This document shows positions 62,725 through 64,000 of a DNA stretch of 64,000 nt, one piece after another. Both the position numbers and the translations under genes were made by a program. Position 1 is the stretch's first letter, and every line of letters begins with the position of its first letter. The stretch spans positions 64,001 through 128,000 of the forward strand of contig CAVWIH010000014.1 of assembly GCA_963755025.1 (NCBI GenBank), in the 5' to 3' direction. The stretch comes from an uncultured Actinomycetes bacterium (GTDB taxonomy: Bacteria; Actinomycetota; Thermoleophilia; UBA2241). The notes under the pieces are model-generated. The model saw only the letters and a program-made list of their open reading frames with translations, searched no databases and had not been told where the DNA came from.

Positions 62725-64000
62725 CCGCAAGCTCCAGCGCTCGCTCACCCACGGCTTCCGCCTGCCGCGCGACCGCTACCGCCGGGTGGCGGGCTGGCTC
62801 GACAACACCACAGGCGGCGGCGGCCTCATCCGTCGCGAGCTGCGCCACATCTTCCCCGACGACTGGTCGTTCTTCTTTGGCGAGATCGCCCTGTACTGCT
62901 TCGTCGTCCTGATCGCCACGGGCGTCTACCTGTGCCTGTTCTTCAAGGCCTCCGCGGCGCCCACCGTCTACCTGGGCAGCTACCGGCCGCTGCACGGGGT
63001 CGGCGTGTCCGAGGCCTACAACTCGGTGCTGCGCCTGAGCTTCGATACGCGCGCCGGCCTCGTCATACGCCAGGTGCACCACTGGGCCGCCCTGATCTTC
63101 GCCGCCGCGCTCGCCCTGCACCTCTTCCGCATGTTCTTCACCGGCGCCTACCGCCGGCCGCGGCGCCTCAACTGGGTGATCGGGCTGAGCCTGCTGAGCC
63201 TGGTCTTCGTCAACGGCGTGTTCGGCTACTCGCTGCCCGACGACCTGCTGTCGGGCACCGGCCTGCGGATCGCCTACTCGATCACGCAGTCGATGCCGCT
63301 CATTGGCCCGAACCTCGCCTCGCTGCTGTTCGGCGGCGACTTTCCCTCTACCGGGCTGATCCCGCGCATCTACGCGGCGCACATCCTGCTGGTGCCGGGA
63401 GCCATCGCCGGACTGCTCGGCGCGCACATGGCCATGCTCTGGATCCAGCGCCACACGCAGTACCGCGGCGCCGGCCGCAGCGACCGGGTCATCGTCGGCA
63501 CGCCCATGGTGCCGGCCTACGCGCTGCGCACCACCGGCTTTCTGCTGCTGCTCACCGGCATGCTCACGGCGCTGGGCGGTTTCTTCCAGATCAACCCGGT
63601 CTGGCTCTACGGCCCCTACCACCCGTGGGACTCGACGAGCTTCGCGCAGCCCGACTGGTACACGGGCTGGCTCGAGGGCGCGGTGCGCATGACCCCGGCC
63701 TGGGACATCCACATCGGCGGCTTCCTGCTGCCCGGGCTGTTCTGGCCGGCGGCCCTGCTGCCCGGCGTCATCGCCGGCTTCCTCTTCATGTGGCCGTGGC
63801 TCGACGCCGTGGTGCTGCGCGACAACGACATCCACAACGTGCTGCAGACGCCGCGCGACCGTCCCGGGCGCACGGCCATCGGCGCCGGCATCCTGACCTT
63901 CCTCATCATGCTGCTGGTGGCGGGCGGCGACGACGTGTTCGCGGCCACCTTCCACTGGCACCTGCCGACGCTCCTCGCCGTCATGCAGGGGCTCACGCTC
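62717..64000 (+). CDS. qcrB: Cytochrome bcc complex cytochrome b subunit (truncated at window edge)
   Basis: FPDDWSFFFGEIALY, RQVHHWAA..HLFRMFFTGAY, GYSLPDDLLSGTG, H-x14-H, QPDWY. Confidence 0.95.
   Translation, partial: MPDRKLQRSLTHGFRLPRDRYRRVAGWLDNTTGGGGLIRRELRHIFPDDWSFFFGEIALYCFVVLIATGVYLCLFFKASAAPTVYLGSYRPLHGVGVSEAYNSVLRLSFDTRAGLVIRQVHHWAALIFAAALALHLFRMFFTGAYRRPRRLNWVIGLSLLSLVFVNGVFGYSLPDDLLSGTGLRIAYSITQSMPLIGPNLASLLFGGDFPSTGLIPRIYAAHILLVPGAIAGLLGAHMAMLWIQRHTQYRGAGRSDRVIVGTPMVPAYALRTTGFLLLLTGMLTALGGFFQINPVWLYGPYHPWDSTSFAQPDWYTGWLEGAVRMTPAWDIHIGGFLLPGLFWPAALLPGVIAGFLFMWPWLDAVVLRDNDIHNVLQTPRDRPGRTAIGAGILTFLIMLLVAGGDDVFAATFHWHLPTLLAVMQGLTL

Noticed and set aside
1-64000. Many frameshifted genes (nuoH, nuoD, korA, galE, kinase, MFS, qcrC and others) as mass pseudogenisation or programmed frameshifting
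   Set aside because: They are scattered 1-bp indels in GC runs, with intact motifs and codon bias on both sides and no slippery-site pattern, which points to uncorrected long-read errors.

Overview
Very GC-rich bacterial chromosomal DNA, most consistent with an Actinomycetota-type genome (leaderless -10 boxes, actinobacterial-type Rieske/QcrB, Rex box); the taxonomy is inferred. No tRNA, rRNA, CRISPR, transposase or phage genes were recognised. About 60 housekeeping, energy and signalling genes are present. Many carry 1-bp frameshifts, probably long-read assembly errors, so several calls are stitched across frames. Main blocks: (i) a complex I operon nuoA-B-C-D-H followed by a half-NuoI fused to NuoE and a HydB/BfuB-type NuoF running off the left edge; (ii) tatA/B-tatC-PBP1A; (iii) iorAB-ACT-paaK-GNAT; (iv) a degenerate GGDEF gene and a hypothetical-roadblock-degenerate UDG operon; (v) korDABC; (vi) a degenerate CbiA next to an NAPRTase, divergent from histidine kinase-receiver-diguanylate cyclase; (vii) assorted metabolic and transport genes; (viii) at the right edge an orphan second nuoA translationally coupled to a fused QcrC-QcrA and to qcrB. 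The best candidates for something new are the two rewired respiratory operons, a set of sigma28/WhiG-like promoters in front of signalling genes together with a small DRR/ERR putative c-di-GMP-binding protein, and two intact pseudo-enzymes (UDG fold, CbiA fold).
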